Source: Hydrurus foetidus (Eukaryota). From it: a DNA stretch of 64,000 bases. Both the position numbers and the translations under genes were made by a program. Location: assembly GCA_900617105.1 (NCBI GenBank), contig UYFQ01000315.1, positions 62,001 to 126,000 of the forward strand, given 5' to 3'. The notes beneath the pieces are model-generated. The model saw only the letters and a list, made by a program, of their open reading frames with translations, had not been told where the DNA came from and made no database searches. Positions within the stretch are counted from its first letter, which is position 1, and each line of letters opens with the position of its first letter. Positions 11,797 to 24,400 of the stretch are shown piece by piece.

Positions 11797-14700
11797 ATGT
11801 TCAATACTCCCCAAAGTATATCACCAAGAAGGAGAAGAGGATCAACAGCTGGGGTGGTTAGACCTCCAAATGGTAGCATTGGACCACCACAACTTCAAAG
11901 GAATGGAATTGATCTCAATTCGAACCGCAGAATGAACCCAGCAGCGCCATTACCAGATGTGGATCTAAAAGGAACCACTCCTATGTACAAGAGTGAATCT
12001 GTTCGGAACCTCGAGGATATCAACTACCAACTAAAGGAATTGAGGAGAAGGAGACAGGAGCTTGCTGGTAGCTGTATTCTTGGGTATGCAGCACCATTGA
12101 TGCCTGTCAGACTTACCATCGACACGAGATATCTCCAATCTCGGAAAGAAGCTGAAATTCTTTCAAAATCTTACGAGAGGTAAGAAGTACGATTATAACT
12201 TTTTGACATCAGATTGTTCGCTTCACACTTCAATCAAGATTCTACAGCATAGTTGATGTCAGTGACTTTGGCGAGAAATCTAAGTCGCTTTTATCCGTGA
12301 TGTGATGTTGGACATGGGTATTTGTGATCAATCCATTTCGTTAACTTTTAACAGTATGTGAGAAAAATTTCGAATAGAAGGAGGAACAAAGTGTCAAACT
12401 TGTATGAGTCCAAGTATTATTCTTTGTCACACTGCTACAGTACCCCCATTCGTTCCATTTGTTTGTTTTGCATTTTATTCATGTTCAATTACTGATATCA
12501 ACTGTTACAACTTAAAAGTAGCAAATCACTTTTTAGCACCCAAATCATAGTCGATATCTTAACTTAATGCTGATTATTTAGTCTCGAGTTATCCCCTGGG
12601 CTAAAAGTAAACATTCTAAAGAAGAGACCGTCAACAGGGAAATGCCCGAATGATCTAACAGGTACATGCCAAACAGTATTTCTTCGTAATGTATATTGCA
12701 GGTGTTCCTTCCCTTCAGTGTTATTTAACATCTGTATTTACTGTATATTATAGTGATTGTAGATTAAAATCAACGTTTTACTTTTTCTCCTCTTCTTTAA
12801 GTGTCACCAATTTGAATAATTCTTATATCATATCGCGTACTTCACTCCTAATCATATTCTGCTCCGAAATTCCGCATTCTGCACACGCTTGTTTTTTTCT
12901 TTCAGTCTCTTTTAGGCCGAAATCTCCAGAAAATGGATACTCTGTTGACCCATTTAAAAATCACGAAAAAGATAGTGGAAAAAATGACAGAATTGAAAAG
13001 ATAGAAAAAAGTGCAAAAGTAGGAAAAGAAAATGAGAGACGCTCGGCATGGTCTGAAATTTCATCCGTAGAGAATGTTCACCTTCCTAAGGAATGTTCTT
13101 CGCCATCGCCTTATAGATTAGAAGATTCCCAAAAAGTTCCTCGCAGGATATTCCATCATCCGGAATTTGAGTTTGCTGTGGAATCTATAGTGCACAGTCC
13201 CTATCTCATCGGTCCTGCGTGTTCCTATCCAGGTACAGTAACATAACGTACGCACTTATTATTAGCAACTTGAACCTTAGATTCCAGAATTTTATTTTAA
13301 TTTTAATCTCCCTGATATTTTAGAATTTATCTGCTAAATTTTGTCTCTCATGATTTGCGTTTTCTCCTAGTGATGATTTGAATAATCTTCTTCTGTTCTT
13401 TGATGATTTGATTTGCGTAAAATCTCGAGAAGAGTAATTACGGCATATTTTAAATTTAAGTGGTCGCAAAAGGCGAATTTATTCCTCTGCTGAATAAAGC
13501 GACTTTACGTCTTCTTATTTTTCAGAATCTACTTTATCTGTGCCTGCCGCAATTAAAGGATACAGAGAAAAAGGAATTCAATACCATAACATCCCAGGTG
13601 CTTTCATCACAATCTTTCTTTTTTTCAAATGTATCTGGATCCATTTAATTGCGTCAGAAATCGTTTTCTAATTTTCAGCTCAATTATTCTTTCTTGATAG
13701 AATTTTGAATTTTGTACGCTCCTTATCTTCATTCTTCCTACTGTAATTTAGTCACTTCTTAACACCTTCTCTTATGAACAGATAATGCATGGAATACTCA
13801 CGAGTGCTTTTTTGTCAAACCTAAACTGATTTCCTTTCTGCTCTTTTGATTGAACAACTTGTCTTACCTTCCATCCTAACATTATCACATCCCATCCTAA
13901 CATTATCACATCCCATCCTAACATTATCACATCCCATCCTAACATTATCACTTCCCATCCTAACATTATCACATCCCATCCTAACATTATCACATCCCAT
14001 CCTAACATTATCACATCCCATCCTAACATTATCACATCCCATCCTAACATTATCACTTCCCATCCTAACATTATCACATCCCATCCTAACATTATCACAT
14101 CCCATCCTAACATTATCACATCCCATCCTAACATTATCACATCCCATCCTAACATTATCACATCCCATCCTAACATTATCACATCCCATCCTAACATTAT
14201 CACATCCCATCCTAACATTATCACATCCCATCCTAACATTATCACATCCCATCCTAACATTATCACATCCCATCCTAACATCATCATCCATCCCCATTAT
14301 CACATCCCATCCTAACATTATCACATCCCATCCTAACATTATCACATCCCATCCTAACATTATCACATCCCATCCTAACATTATCACATCCCATCCTAAC
14401 ATTATCACATCCCATCCTAACATTATCACATCCCATCCTAACATTATCACATCCCATCCTAACATTATCACATCCCATCCTAACATTATCACATCCCATC
14501 CTAACATTATCACATCCCATCCTAACATTATCACATCCCATCCTAACATTATCACATCCCATCCTAACATTATCACATCCCATCCTAACATTATCACATC
14601 CCATTCTCGTTATCTTACATTTTTCTTTTTCATTTCTTAGCGAAAGATATTCCGTTTGATCACAAAAATTCAAGAAAACGGTTTCTGGCCGATGTTGTAA

Positions 14701-15141
14701 ACTACAAACATTCCAATTTACCGTATTCTGAAAAAGGAAAGGTAACTGTTATCAATGAGCAATTTGCTGATGCTGTGACTGATTAATTTGAATCTTCTAA
14801 TAGAATAATTTATCTTCTCTTCCCTTCTCTTCTCCTCTTCTCTCCTCCCTTTCATTCCTCCTCTTACATCTATTAAAGCATGTCCGCAGCTACTTCACTT
14901 CTCTTTTATCCTATCCTCCCTTACAAAGCTCTGCTCTATTCCTATTCCTATTCCTATCGACCGCCACATTTTCCCTCATCTACTACTACCCAACACACAT
15001 CTTTTTTTCATTTTTCCAAGTGTAAAAATAGCCAACAAGAGGATTTCACGATATGGCCAAGTAAACTGATCCTCGCAGTAGCTGCCTCACCGACACTTTC
15101 CAGCGACTTAGAACAAAAACTAAACGAGTTCACTGATATAG
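11797..15141 (+). CDS. 5' small exons of a giant acidic repeat protein gene
   Basis: Phase-consistent chain: 11797-12179 (MFNTPQSISPRRRR...SYE), 12248-12296, 12355-12401, 12582-12661, 12906-13232, 13526-13597, 14641-14741, 15021-15141. All have GT/AG ends and no stops (1180 nt). The chain joins in phase to the acceptor TATTTAG| at 15428, which is in frame with ORF 15547-20406. The start codon is uncertain because there is also an acceptor at 11778. Confidence 0.7.
13871..14604. repeat. 21-bp minisatellite (CATCCCATCCTAACATTATCA), ~35 near-identical copies, intronic
   Basis: Direct tandem array with two A>T variant units and one disrupted unit at ~14281-14296. Lies between exons 13526-13597 and 14641-14741. 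Confidence 0.98.
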
Positions 15142-15427
15142 GTATTTGGTAATGTCTCAGCATGCAGTTGCACGTGCGTACGTGTACATGTCCGTACGTA
15201 TGTACGTTCCTACGACGTATTCTTTTGCGTTCATAGAGGGTCACGTGAACGTATGCGCGTACACACGTACTTGATTAAATTCAGACAGTCACATACGTAC
15301 GCACATGCATGTACGAGTCATTTTAATCACCTTCTGCCAGATTTAGAAAAAAATGCATGCCCAGTATCTGTGATCAAAAATTGAATCTAATTCCCTTCTA
15401 ATTAGTCTTATTATCATCCTTATTTAG

Positions 15428-18400
15428 ATCTTACAAACCGCTGCACGCCCACCAACGGCAGACAAACAATACGTGCATTAAAACTAGCCAACCGTATAGA
15501 GAGTAATTTAAAAGCGTTAAATACATTACTGGAACCAACCGGTTTCATGGGTAAGTGCGTACTTGTTGAAAAGAAGAAAATCTTGGGTCAGCCATCTCCA
15601 AGTTCTGTTGCTGATTTCGTAAGGTTACAGGGTAAGTTTAATTCGGGAATGAGCGTAGATTGCGATGATGATATTGAGAGGAGAAATGAAGGTGGATTCA
15701 AAAGAAAAGTATCTGATAGCATGAAAAGTAATGTGAGTAAGAAAAGAAATGATGACCAAGAGATAGACAAATGTAAAAGTGAGTATGATAATGAAAATGA
15801 AAATGAAATTGAAAGTGGAAATGGGTGCGTAAATGAAAATTATAGTGTGGAGAGAAAAGAAGAAGATGACGACGATAGTAAGGTTCATATTATACAAGTA
15901 TCTGAACCAGATGATATCATTATAAACGAAAATAAAGCCGTGAGAAAATCTACCGGAAGAATACGGCAAGATTGGCGAACAAGAAAAAAAAGAAGCAATC
16001 AAGATGAAAATGAATTAGAAAATAAGATGGATATTCATCGAAATGGGAATGGACAGAAAATAGAAATGGATGATGTAGATGTGCTGGAAGAATTTGCGCA
16101 TGATAACAATAAAGAATCAATCATGATAAATGCAAATATTGATGAAATTGATTTTTTAGGTGATGAGAATATGAATATAGATGCTAATTGTGTTACAGAT
16201 ATTCCAAGTGATGGTAAGAGACGTAATGATAATGAGTTGCAACAAAGAGGACGAAAAGATCTGATGATAAGCGTCTTAAAGGAGAGGAAAAAAGACAAGA
16301 AAATGACGTTACGAAATAAAAAAGAGAGATTGTATGATGACAATACTGATATCAGAAATGCAAACAGTTTATCTCTTGTCGAAAACATAACTGAAGTGAA
16401 AGTACTTTCGAGCACGGAAAAAAATGAGAAACAGCAATTTTATCCTTTGAAAAATGACGAAAAATTGTCGAAAGTAAAGCGAGATAAAAGTTTAAAAAAG
16501 AGAAAGAAAAAAGATGATCAAATAGAAGTGAGTAATAGCAACAACAATGACGAAAAAAAAGAAGTCAGTCGGAAGCACGAACAAGATGAGAAGAAGGACG
16601 GCGTACATACACACATTAGCGATGAATTATGCTGGAAAACTAAAATAAATTTACGAGAAAGCGAGGGAAAGAATGAAGAAGATAGCACAATCCAATCAGA
16701 AGTACCACTGAAAGAAGATAAGTCCAAAAGAAATTGTGAAAGTAAGGACACATCTGATAATGCTTTCGGTCCAAATAGTAGTTACAAAGATGTTGGAGAC
16801 AATAGTGGTGACAACGAAACATCCCCACAATATGTGGAGGATTTCGGTGATAGAATAGAGTTGCTGTCTGATTTTATCCCGACATTTCGTAAAGACATAA
16901 ATGACGAAAACGACTTATGTAATGAGAATAAAAAAGAAGACACAGACAGGAAAGATGGAAAGAATGAATATGGGAAAAAGACTGAATATGATGATAAGAA
17001 TGAATATGATATTCTGAACGAAAGGGGAGGGAGTTACAGTGAGGATATTAAAGAGGAAGATAAGTGTTATGAAGATGTCTTTGAAGATGACAAGGGATAT
17101 GCAGTTCGCGACTTCGATTTCGAGGATGAAAGAGACGATGAAAAAAGATGTGTCGTTGAGACGGAACAGGGAGAGGGAGAGGGAGAGATGGATGGAAAGG
17201 ATGATGAAAAAACTAGTTTTGTTGGAAAGGATAAAGAAGAGGGAGAGGGAGGGAGAGATGAAATGAAGATAGGACAGGAAGAGGAAGAAGAAGTGCGGTA
17301 TGAAGAGGCAAATGAAGTGGAAGTGTATCAGAACGATAACATGGAGGATGAAATGGGAGTGGATGACGAAGGAGAACATGAGGACACAGTACACGAAGAT
17401 GAGCAATATGAGGACGAAGATCAGATTAGCGGAGATGAAATTGTTCGAGATGAGGCGGTGCATGCAAAAGGTGCTGCTAGGAGAAATAGAGGTGGCAGAA
17501 TTGATGGAGGAGAGGAGAGTGATAATGTCGACAGCGATGAAATGAAAGAATGTACTCGGATGACAGAGATTGCGGTAGAGGTAGAGAAATATGTAGAGAT
17601 AGCAGTGGAGGCAGTAGAAGAAGAAAGAGGTGACTTTAATGATGTGCAGAGCACTCTACCTGATACCATCTCGGATGATCGCTATCTCCTTGTTGAAGTT
17701 GAGAACACCCTGAAAGAGACTCAAAATGACATGATAGACATGGAGATGCGAATGCAGTTGGAGATAGGCGCACAGGAAGAGAAGGAGGAAGAGGAAGAGG
17801 AAGAGGGAGAGGAAGATCGAAGTGAAGGAAATATGAAGGAGAAAGAGGAGGAGAAAAAGGAGGAGAAAGAGGAGGAGAAAAAGGAGGAGAAAAAGGATGA
17901 GGATGAGGGAGAGGAAGAGGGAGAGGAAGAGGAGAGTGCCACATCACATACAGAGTTAGCGGTGGATGTTACCTCTGAGATCGCAGCACAGGATGAGATG
18001 GAGGTAGAGAAGGAGGTAGAGATGGAGGTAGAGAAAGAGGTCTCTGAACTGCAGGAAACTGAAATATGTGGTGACAATGAGATTGAAGCTGAAGCGAAGG
18101 TAGTGTGTAGAGCTGATCAAGAAACAGGGAATGAAGATGGAGAAAAGGAGGTAGCAGAGGTCGATATCGAATCAAATGAAGGTGAGGAGCAGAGCGAGAA
18201 AGAAGTTGTCTTGGATATTACAACACCAGCACAGACTGAAATTAAAGTTGAAGAAAAAGTTGAAAAAGATATTGATACTTTAGATGAGAAAAATATATCT
18301 GGCAAGAAAATTGAAGATGAAATTGAAGTTGAGAATAAAAAAGATGAAAATGGAATGCAAAATAAGTTCGAAAAAGACGAGGACATTGAAATAGGAAGAG

Positions 18401-21400
18401 ATGTAGATAATGAAATAAAAATTGGGAATAATGACATGCATAATACACCTGACAATCAAAACGAAAATGAAAACGAAAATGTCGCATCTCCTCCAGTATA
18501 CGCATTGGAGGGAGACTTTGTAACGGATGATAATATAGATCTGACAGTGCGTGGGGGGGATTTTGTAGGCCCTGATGATAGTGCTGAGAGTAATACGTGC
18601 GTTGGAGAGGGTAGTATGTACGTCCCTGAAAATAGTACGAGTGTCGCGGAAAGCAGTGAATTCATTGAAGATTGTCCGATGGATTCCTTCTATGACGGAG
18701 ATGAATGGAGGAACATGGTATTTCACGAGATAAGTGTGGAAGATGTGGGGGGAGGAGAAAGATATGAAGATTGGGATGAAGTCGAAGATGAACATGTAAA
18801 CGGCCTGATGGATGGGCAGGCGGATGAAATGAGGGATGAAGAGGGAGAAGAGAAGAGAAGTAAAGATGACAATGTTGAGTTCGAAGCAGGAGCCGAGGAA
18901 AGGGGAGCGTTCGAGAACTCTCTCCTATCTGACATCGATGCGAAACCTGACGCAGAGACAGACACAGTCAGAGAAGCACAAAACGAGGGTACAAATAAGA
19001 CAAAAATCAAAACTGGAGTCGAGACTGGAGTCGAGGCTCACATCGAAGCAGAGGTCGAGGTCGATGCAGAGGTCGAGGTCGATGCAGAGGTCGAGTTGAT
19101 AGCAGACATCAAGGCAGACATCGAGACTGGAGTCAAGGCTCACATCGAAGCAGAGGTCGAAGTAGAGGTCAATGTAGAGGTCGAGGTCGATGCAGAGGTC
19201 GAGTTGATAGCAGACATCGAGGCAGACATCGAGACTGGAGTCGAGGCTGACATCGAAGCAGAGGTCGAGGTCGATGCAGAGGTCGAGGTCGATGCAGAGG
19301 TCGAGTTGATAGCAGACATCGAGGCAGACATCGAGACTGGAGTCGAGGCTCACATCGAAGCAGAGGTCGAGGTCGATGCAGAGGTCGAGGTCGATGCAGA
19401 GGTCGAGGTCGATGCAGAGGTCGAGTTGATAGCAGACATCGAGGCAGACATCGAGACTGGAGTCGAGGCTAACATCGAAGCAGAGGTCGAGGTCGATGCA
19501 GAGGTCGAGGTCGATGCAGAGGTCGAGGTCGATGCAGAGGTCGAGGTCGATGCAGAGGTCGAGTTGATAGCAGACATCGAGGCAGACATCGAGACTGGAG
19601 TCGAGGCATACATCGAAGCAGAGGTCGAGGTCGATGCAGAGGTCGAGGTCGAGGTCGAGGTCGATGCAGAGGTCGAGTTGATAGCAGACATCGAGGCAGA
19701 CATCGAGACTGGAGTCGAGGCTGACATCGAAGCAGAGGTCGAGGTCGAGGTCGATGCAGAGGTAGAGGTCGAGTTGATAGCAGACATCGAGGCAGACATC
19801 GAGACTGGAGTCGAGGCTGACATCGAAGCAGAGGTCCAATTACAGGTCGAGGTCGATGCAGAGGTCGAGTTGATAGTAGACATCAAGGCAGACATCGAGA
19901 CTGGAGTGGAGGCATACATTGAAGCAGAGGTCGAGGTCGATGCAGAGGTCGAGGTCGATGCAGAGGTCGAGGTCGATTCAGAGGTCGAGTTGATAGCAGA
20001 CATCGAGGCAGACATCGAGACTGGAGTCGAGGCTGACATCGAAGCAGAGGTCGAGGTCGATGCAGAGGTCGAGGTCGAGGCAGAGGTCGAGTTGATAGCA
20101 GACATCGAGGCGAGACATCGAGAGAGGTCGAGGTCGATGCAGATCGATCGAAGCAGAGGTCGAGGTCGATGCAGAGGTCGAGTTGATAGCAGACATCGAG
20201 GCAGACATCGAGACTGGAGTCGAGGCTCACATCGAAGCAGAGGTCGATGTAGAGGTCGAGGTCGATGCAGAGGTCGAGTTGATAGCAGACATCGAGGCAG
20301 ACATCGAGACTGGAGTGGAGGCTCACATCGAAGCAGAGGTCGAGGTCGATGCAGGTCGAGGTCGAGCAGAGGTCGAGTGCAGAGGTCGAGTTCGATGTCG
20401 AGTTGATAGCAGACATCGAGGCAGACATCGAGACTGGAGTCGAGGCTCACATCGAAGCAGAGGTCGAGGTCGATGCAGAGGTCGAGTTGATAGCAGACAT
20501 CGAGGCAGACATCGAGACTGGAGTCGAGGCTCACATCGAAGCAGAGGTCGAGGTCGATGCAGAGGTCGAGGTCGATGCAGAGGTCGAGTTGATAGCAGAC
20601 ATCGAGGCAGACATCGAGACTGGAGTCGAGGCTCACATCGAAGCAGAGGTCGAGGTCGATGCAGAGGTCGAGGTCGAGGTCGATGCAGAGGTCGAGTTGA
20701 TAGCAGACATCGAGGCAGACATCGAGACTGGAGTCGAGGCTCACATCGAAGCAGAGGTCGAGGTCGATGCAGAGGTCGAGGTCGAGGTCGATGCAGAGGT
20801 CGAGTTGAGTTGATAGCAGACATCGAGGCAGACATCGAGACTGGAGTCGAGGCTCACATCGAAGCAGAGGTCGAGGTCGAGGTCGATGCAGAGGTCGAGT
20901 TGATATAGCAGACATCGAGGCAGACATCGAGACTGGAGTCGAGGCTCACATCGAAGCAGAGGTCGAAGTACAGGTCGATGCAGAGGTCGAGGTCGATGCA
21001 GAGGTCGAGGTCGATGCAGACATCGAGGCAGACATCGAGACTGGAGTCGAGGCTGACATCGAAGCAGAGGTCGAGGTCGATGCAGAGGTCGAGGAGGTCG
21101 ATGCAGGTCGAGTCGAGTTGATAGCAGACATCGAGGCAGACATCGAGACTGGAGTCGAGGCTCACATCGAAGCAGAGGTCGAGGTCGAGGTCGAGGTCGA
21201 TGCAGAGGTCGAGTTGATAGCAGACATCGAGGCAGACATCGAGACTGGAGTCGAGGCTCACATCGAAGCAGAGGTCGAGGTCGATGCAGAGGTCGAGAGG
21301 TCGATGCAGAGGTCGAGATCGAGGTCGAGTTGATAGCAGACATCGAGGCAGACATCGAGACTGGAGTCGAGGCTCACATCGAAGCAGAGGTCGAGGTCGA

Positions 21401-24400
21401 TGCAGAGGTCGAGGTCGATGCAGAGGTCGAGTTGATAGCAGACATCGAGGCAGACATCGAGACTGGAGTCGAGGCTCACATCGAAGCAGAGGTCGAAGTC
21501 AGAGGTCGAGGCAGAGGTCGAGGTCGAGGTCGAGTCGAGTTGATAGCAGACATCGAGGCAGACATCGAGACTGGAGTCGAGGCTCACATCGAAGCAGAGG
21601 TCGAGGTCGAGGTCGAGGAGGTCGAGGTCGAGAGAGTCGAGGTCGATGCAGAGGTCGAGATGAGTAGCAGACATCGAGGCAGACATCGAGACTGGAGTCG
21701 AGGCTCACATCGAAGCAGAATCAGAGGTGGAGGTCGATGCAGAGGTCGAAGCAGAGGTCGAGGTCAGAGGTCGAGGCGAGTTGATAGCAGACATCGAGGC
21801 AGACATCGAGACTGGAGTCGAGGCTCACATCGAAGCAGAGGTCGAGGTCGATGCAGAGGTCGAGGTCGATGCAGAGGTCGAGTTGATAGCAGACATCGAG
21901 GCAGACATCGAGACTGGAGTCGAGGCTCACATCGAAGCAGAAGCAGAGTTCGAGGTCGATGCAGAGGTCGAGATCGAGTTGATAGCAGACATCGAGGCAG
22001 ACATCGAGACTCAGTCGAGGCTCACATCGAAGCAGAGGTCGAGGTCGAGGTCGAGGTCAGAGGTCGAGTTGATAGCAGACATCGAGGCAGACATCGAGAC
22101 TGGAGTCGAGGCTCACATCGAAGCAGAAGCGAGAGAGGTCGAGGTCGATGCGAGAGGTCGAGGTCGATGCAGAGGTCGAGTTGATAGCAGACATCGAGGC
22201 AGACATCGAGACTGGAGTCGAGGCTCACATCGAAGCAGAGGTCGAAGTACAGGTCGATGTCGAGTTGATAGCAGACATCGAGGCAGACATCGAGACTGGA
22301 GTCGAGGCTCACATCGAAGCAGAAGTAGAGGTCGAGGTCGATGCAAAGGTCGAGGTCGATGCAGAGGTCGAGTTGATAGCAGACATCGAGGCAGACATCG
22401 AGACTGGAGTCGAGGCTCACATCGAAGCAGAGGTCGAGGTCGATGCAGAGGTCGAGTTGATAGCAGACATCGAGGCAGACATCGAGACTGGAGTCGAGGC
22501 TGACATCGAAGCAGAGGTCGAGGTAGATGAAGATGTCGAGGTCGAGGTCGATGCAGAGGTCGAGATCGAGTTGATAGTAGACATCGAGGCAGACATCGAG
22601 ACTGGAGTCGAGGCTCACATCGAAGCAGAGGTCGAGGTCGATGCAGAGGTCGAGTTGATAGCAGACATCGAGGCAGACATCGAGACTGGAGTCGAGGCTC
22701 ACATCGAAGCAGAAGAAGAGGTCGAGGTCGATGCAGAGGTCGAGGTCGAGTTGATAGCAGACATCGAGACTGGAGTCGAGGCTCACACCGAAGCAGAAGA
22801 AGAAGAAGAGTTCGAGGTCGATGCAAATGTCGAGGTCGAAGTCGAGTTGATAGCAGACATCGAGGCAGACATCGAGACTGGAGTCGAGGCTCACATCAAA
22901 GTAGAAGAAGAGGTCGAGTCCGATGCAGAGGTCGAGGTCGATGCAGAGGTCGAGTTGATAGCAGTCATCGAGGCAGACATCGAGACTGGAGTCGAGGCTG
23001 ACATCGAAGCAGAGGTCGAAGTACAGGTCGATGTCGAGTTTATAGAAGACATCGAGGCAGACATCGAGACTGGAGTCGAGGCTGACATCGAAGCAGAAGA
23101 AGAGGTCGAGGTCGATGCAAAGGTCGAGGTCGATGCAGAGGTCGAGTTGATAGCAGACATCAAGACAGATATCGAGACTGGAGTCGAGGCTCACATCGAA
23201 GCAGAGGTCGAGGTCGATGCAGAGGTCGAGGTCGATGCAGAGGTCGAGATCGAGTTGATAGTAGACATCGAGGCAGACATCGAGACTGGAGTCGAGGCTC
23301 ACATCGAAGCAGAGGTCGCAGTACTTTTTAAGGTCGAGTTGGTAGCAGACATCGAGGCAGACATCGAGACTGGAGTCGAGACTCACATCGAAGCAGAAGA
23401 AGAGGTCGAGGTCGATGCAGAGGTCGAGGTCGAGTCCGATGCAGAGGTTGAGGTCGATGCAGAGGTCGAGTTGATAGCAGACATCGAGGCAGATATCGAG
23501 ACTGGAGTCGAGGCTCACATCGAAGCAGAGGTCGAGGTTGAGATCGAAATAGAGTTGATAGCAGACATCGAGGCAGACATCGAGACTGGAGTCGAGGCTG
23601 ACATCGAAGCAGAGGTCGAAGTACAGGTCGATGTCGAGTTGATAGCAGACATCGAGGCAGACATCGAGACTGGAGTCGAGGCTCACATCGAAGCAGAGGT
23701 CGAGGTCGATGCAGAGGTCGAGGTCGATGCAGAGGTCGAGTTGATAGCAGACATCGAGGCAGACATCGAGACTGGAGTCGAGGCTCACATCGAAGCAGAG
23801 GTAGAGGTCGATGCAGAGGTCGAGGTCGATGCAGAGGTCGAGTTGATAGCAGACATCGAGGCAGACATCGAGACTGGAGTCGAGGCTCACATCGAAGCAG
23901 AGGTCGAGGTCGATGCAGAGGTCGAGGTCGATGCAGAGGTCGAGTTGATAGCAGACATCGAGGCAGACATCGAGACTGGAGTCGAGGCTCACATCAAAAT
24001 AGAAGCAGAGGTCGAGGTCGATGCAGAGGTCGAGGTCGATGCAGAGGTCGAGGTCGAGTTGATAGCAGACATCGAGGCAGACATCGAGACTGGAGTCGAG
24101 GCTCACATCGAAGCAGAGGCGGAGGTCGAGGTCGAGTTGATAGCAGACATCGAGGCAGACATCGAGACTGGAGTCGAGGCTAACATCGAAGCAGAGGTCG
24201 AGGTCGATGCAGAGGTCGAGGTCGATGCAGTCATCGAGGCAGACATCGTTACTGGAGTCGAGGTTGATATCAAAGCAGAGGTCGAGGTCGATGCAAAGGT
24301 CGAGGTCTATGCAGAGGTCGAGTTGATAGCAGACATCGAGGCAGACATCGAGACTGGAGTCGAGGCTCACATCGAAGCAGAAGAAGAGGTCGAGGCCGAT

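Noticed and set aside
13371..13434. Extra exon DDLNNLLLFFDDLICVKSRE in the giant gene
   Set aside because: Its phases do not fit the neighbouring exons, which join directly (13232 to 13526).
13871..14604. Interstitial telomere
   Set aside because: Contains TTAGG but not a canonical short telomeric unit. There is no evidence from this window that it occurs at chromosome ends.
13772..14673. ORFs MLGWDVI / MGCDNVR / LSHPILT repeats as proteins
   Set aside because: They are translations of a 21-bp minisatellite inside a predicted intron whose flanking exons join in phase.
15588..19010. Minus-strand Ser/Phe/Ile-rich ORFs
   Set aside because: They are antisense shadows of the purine-rich acidic exon.
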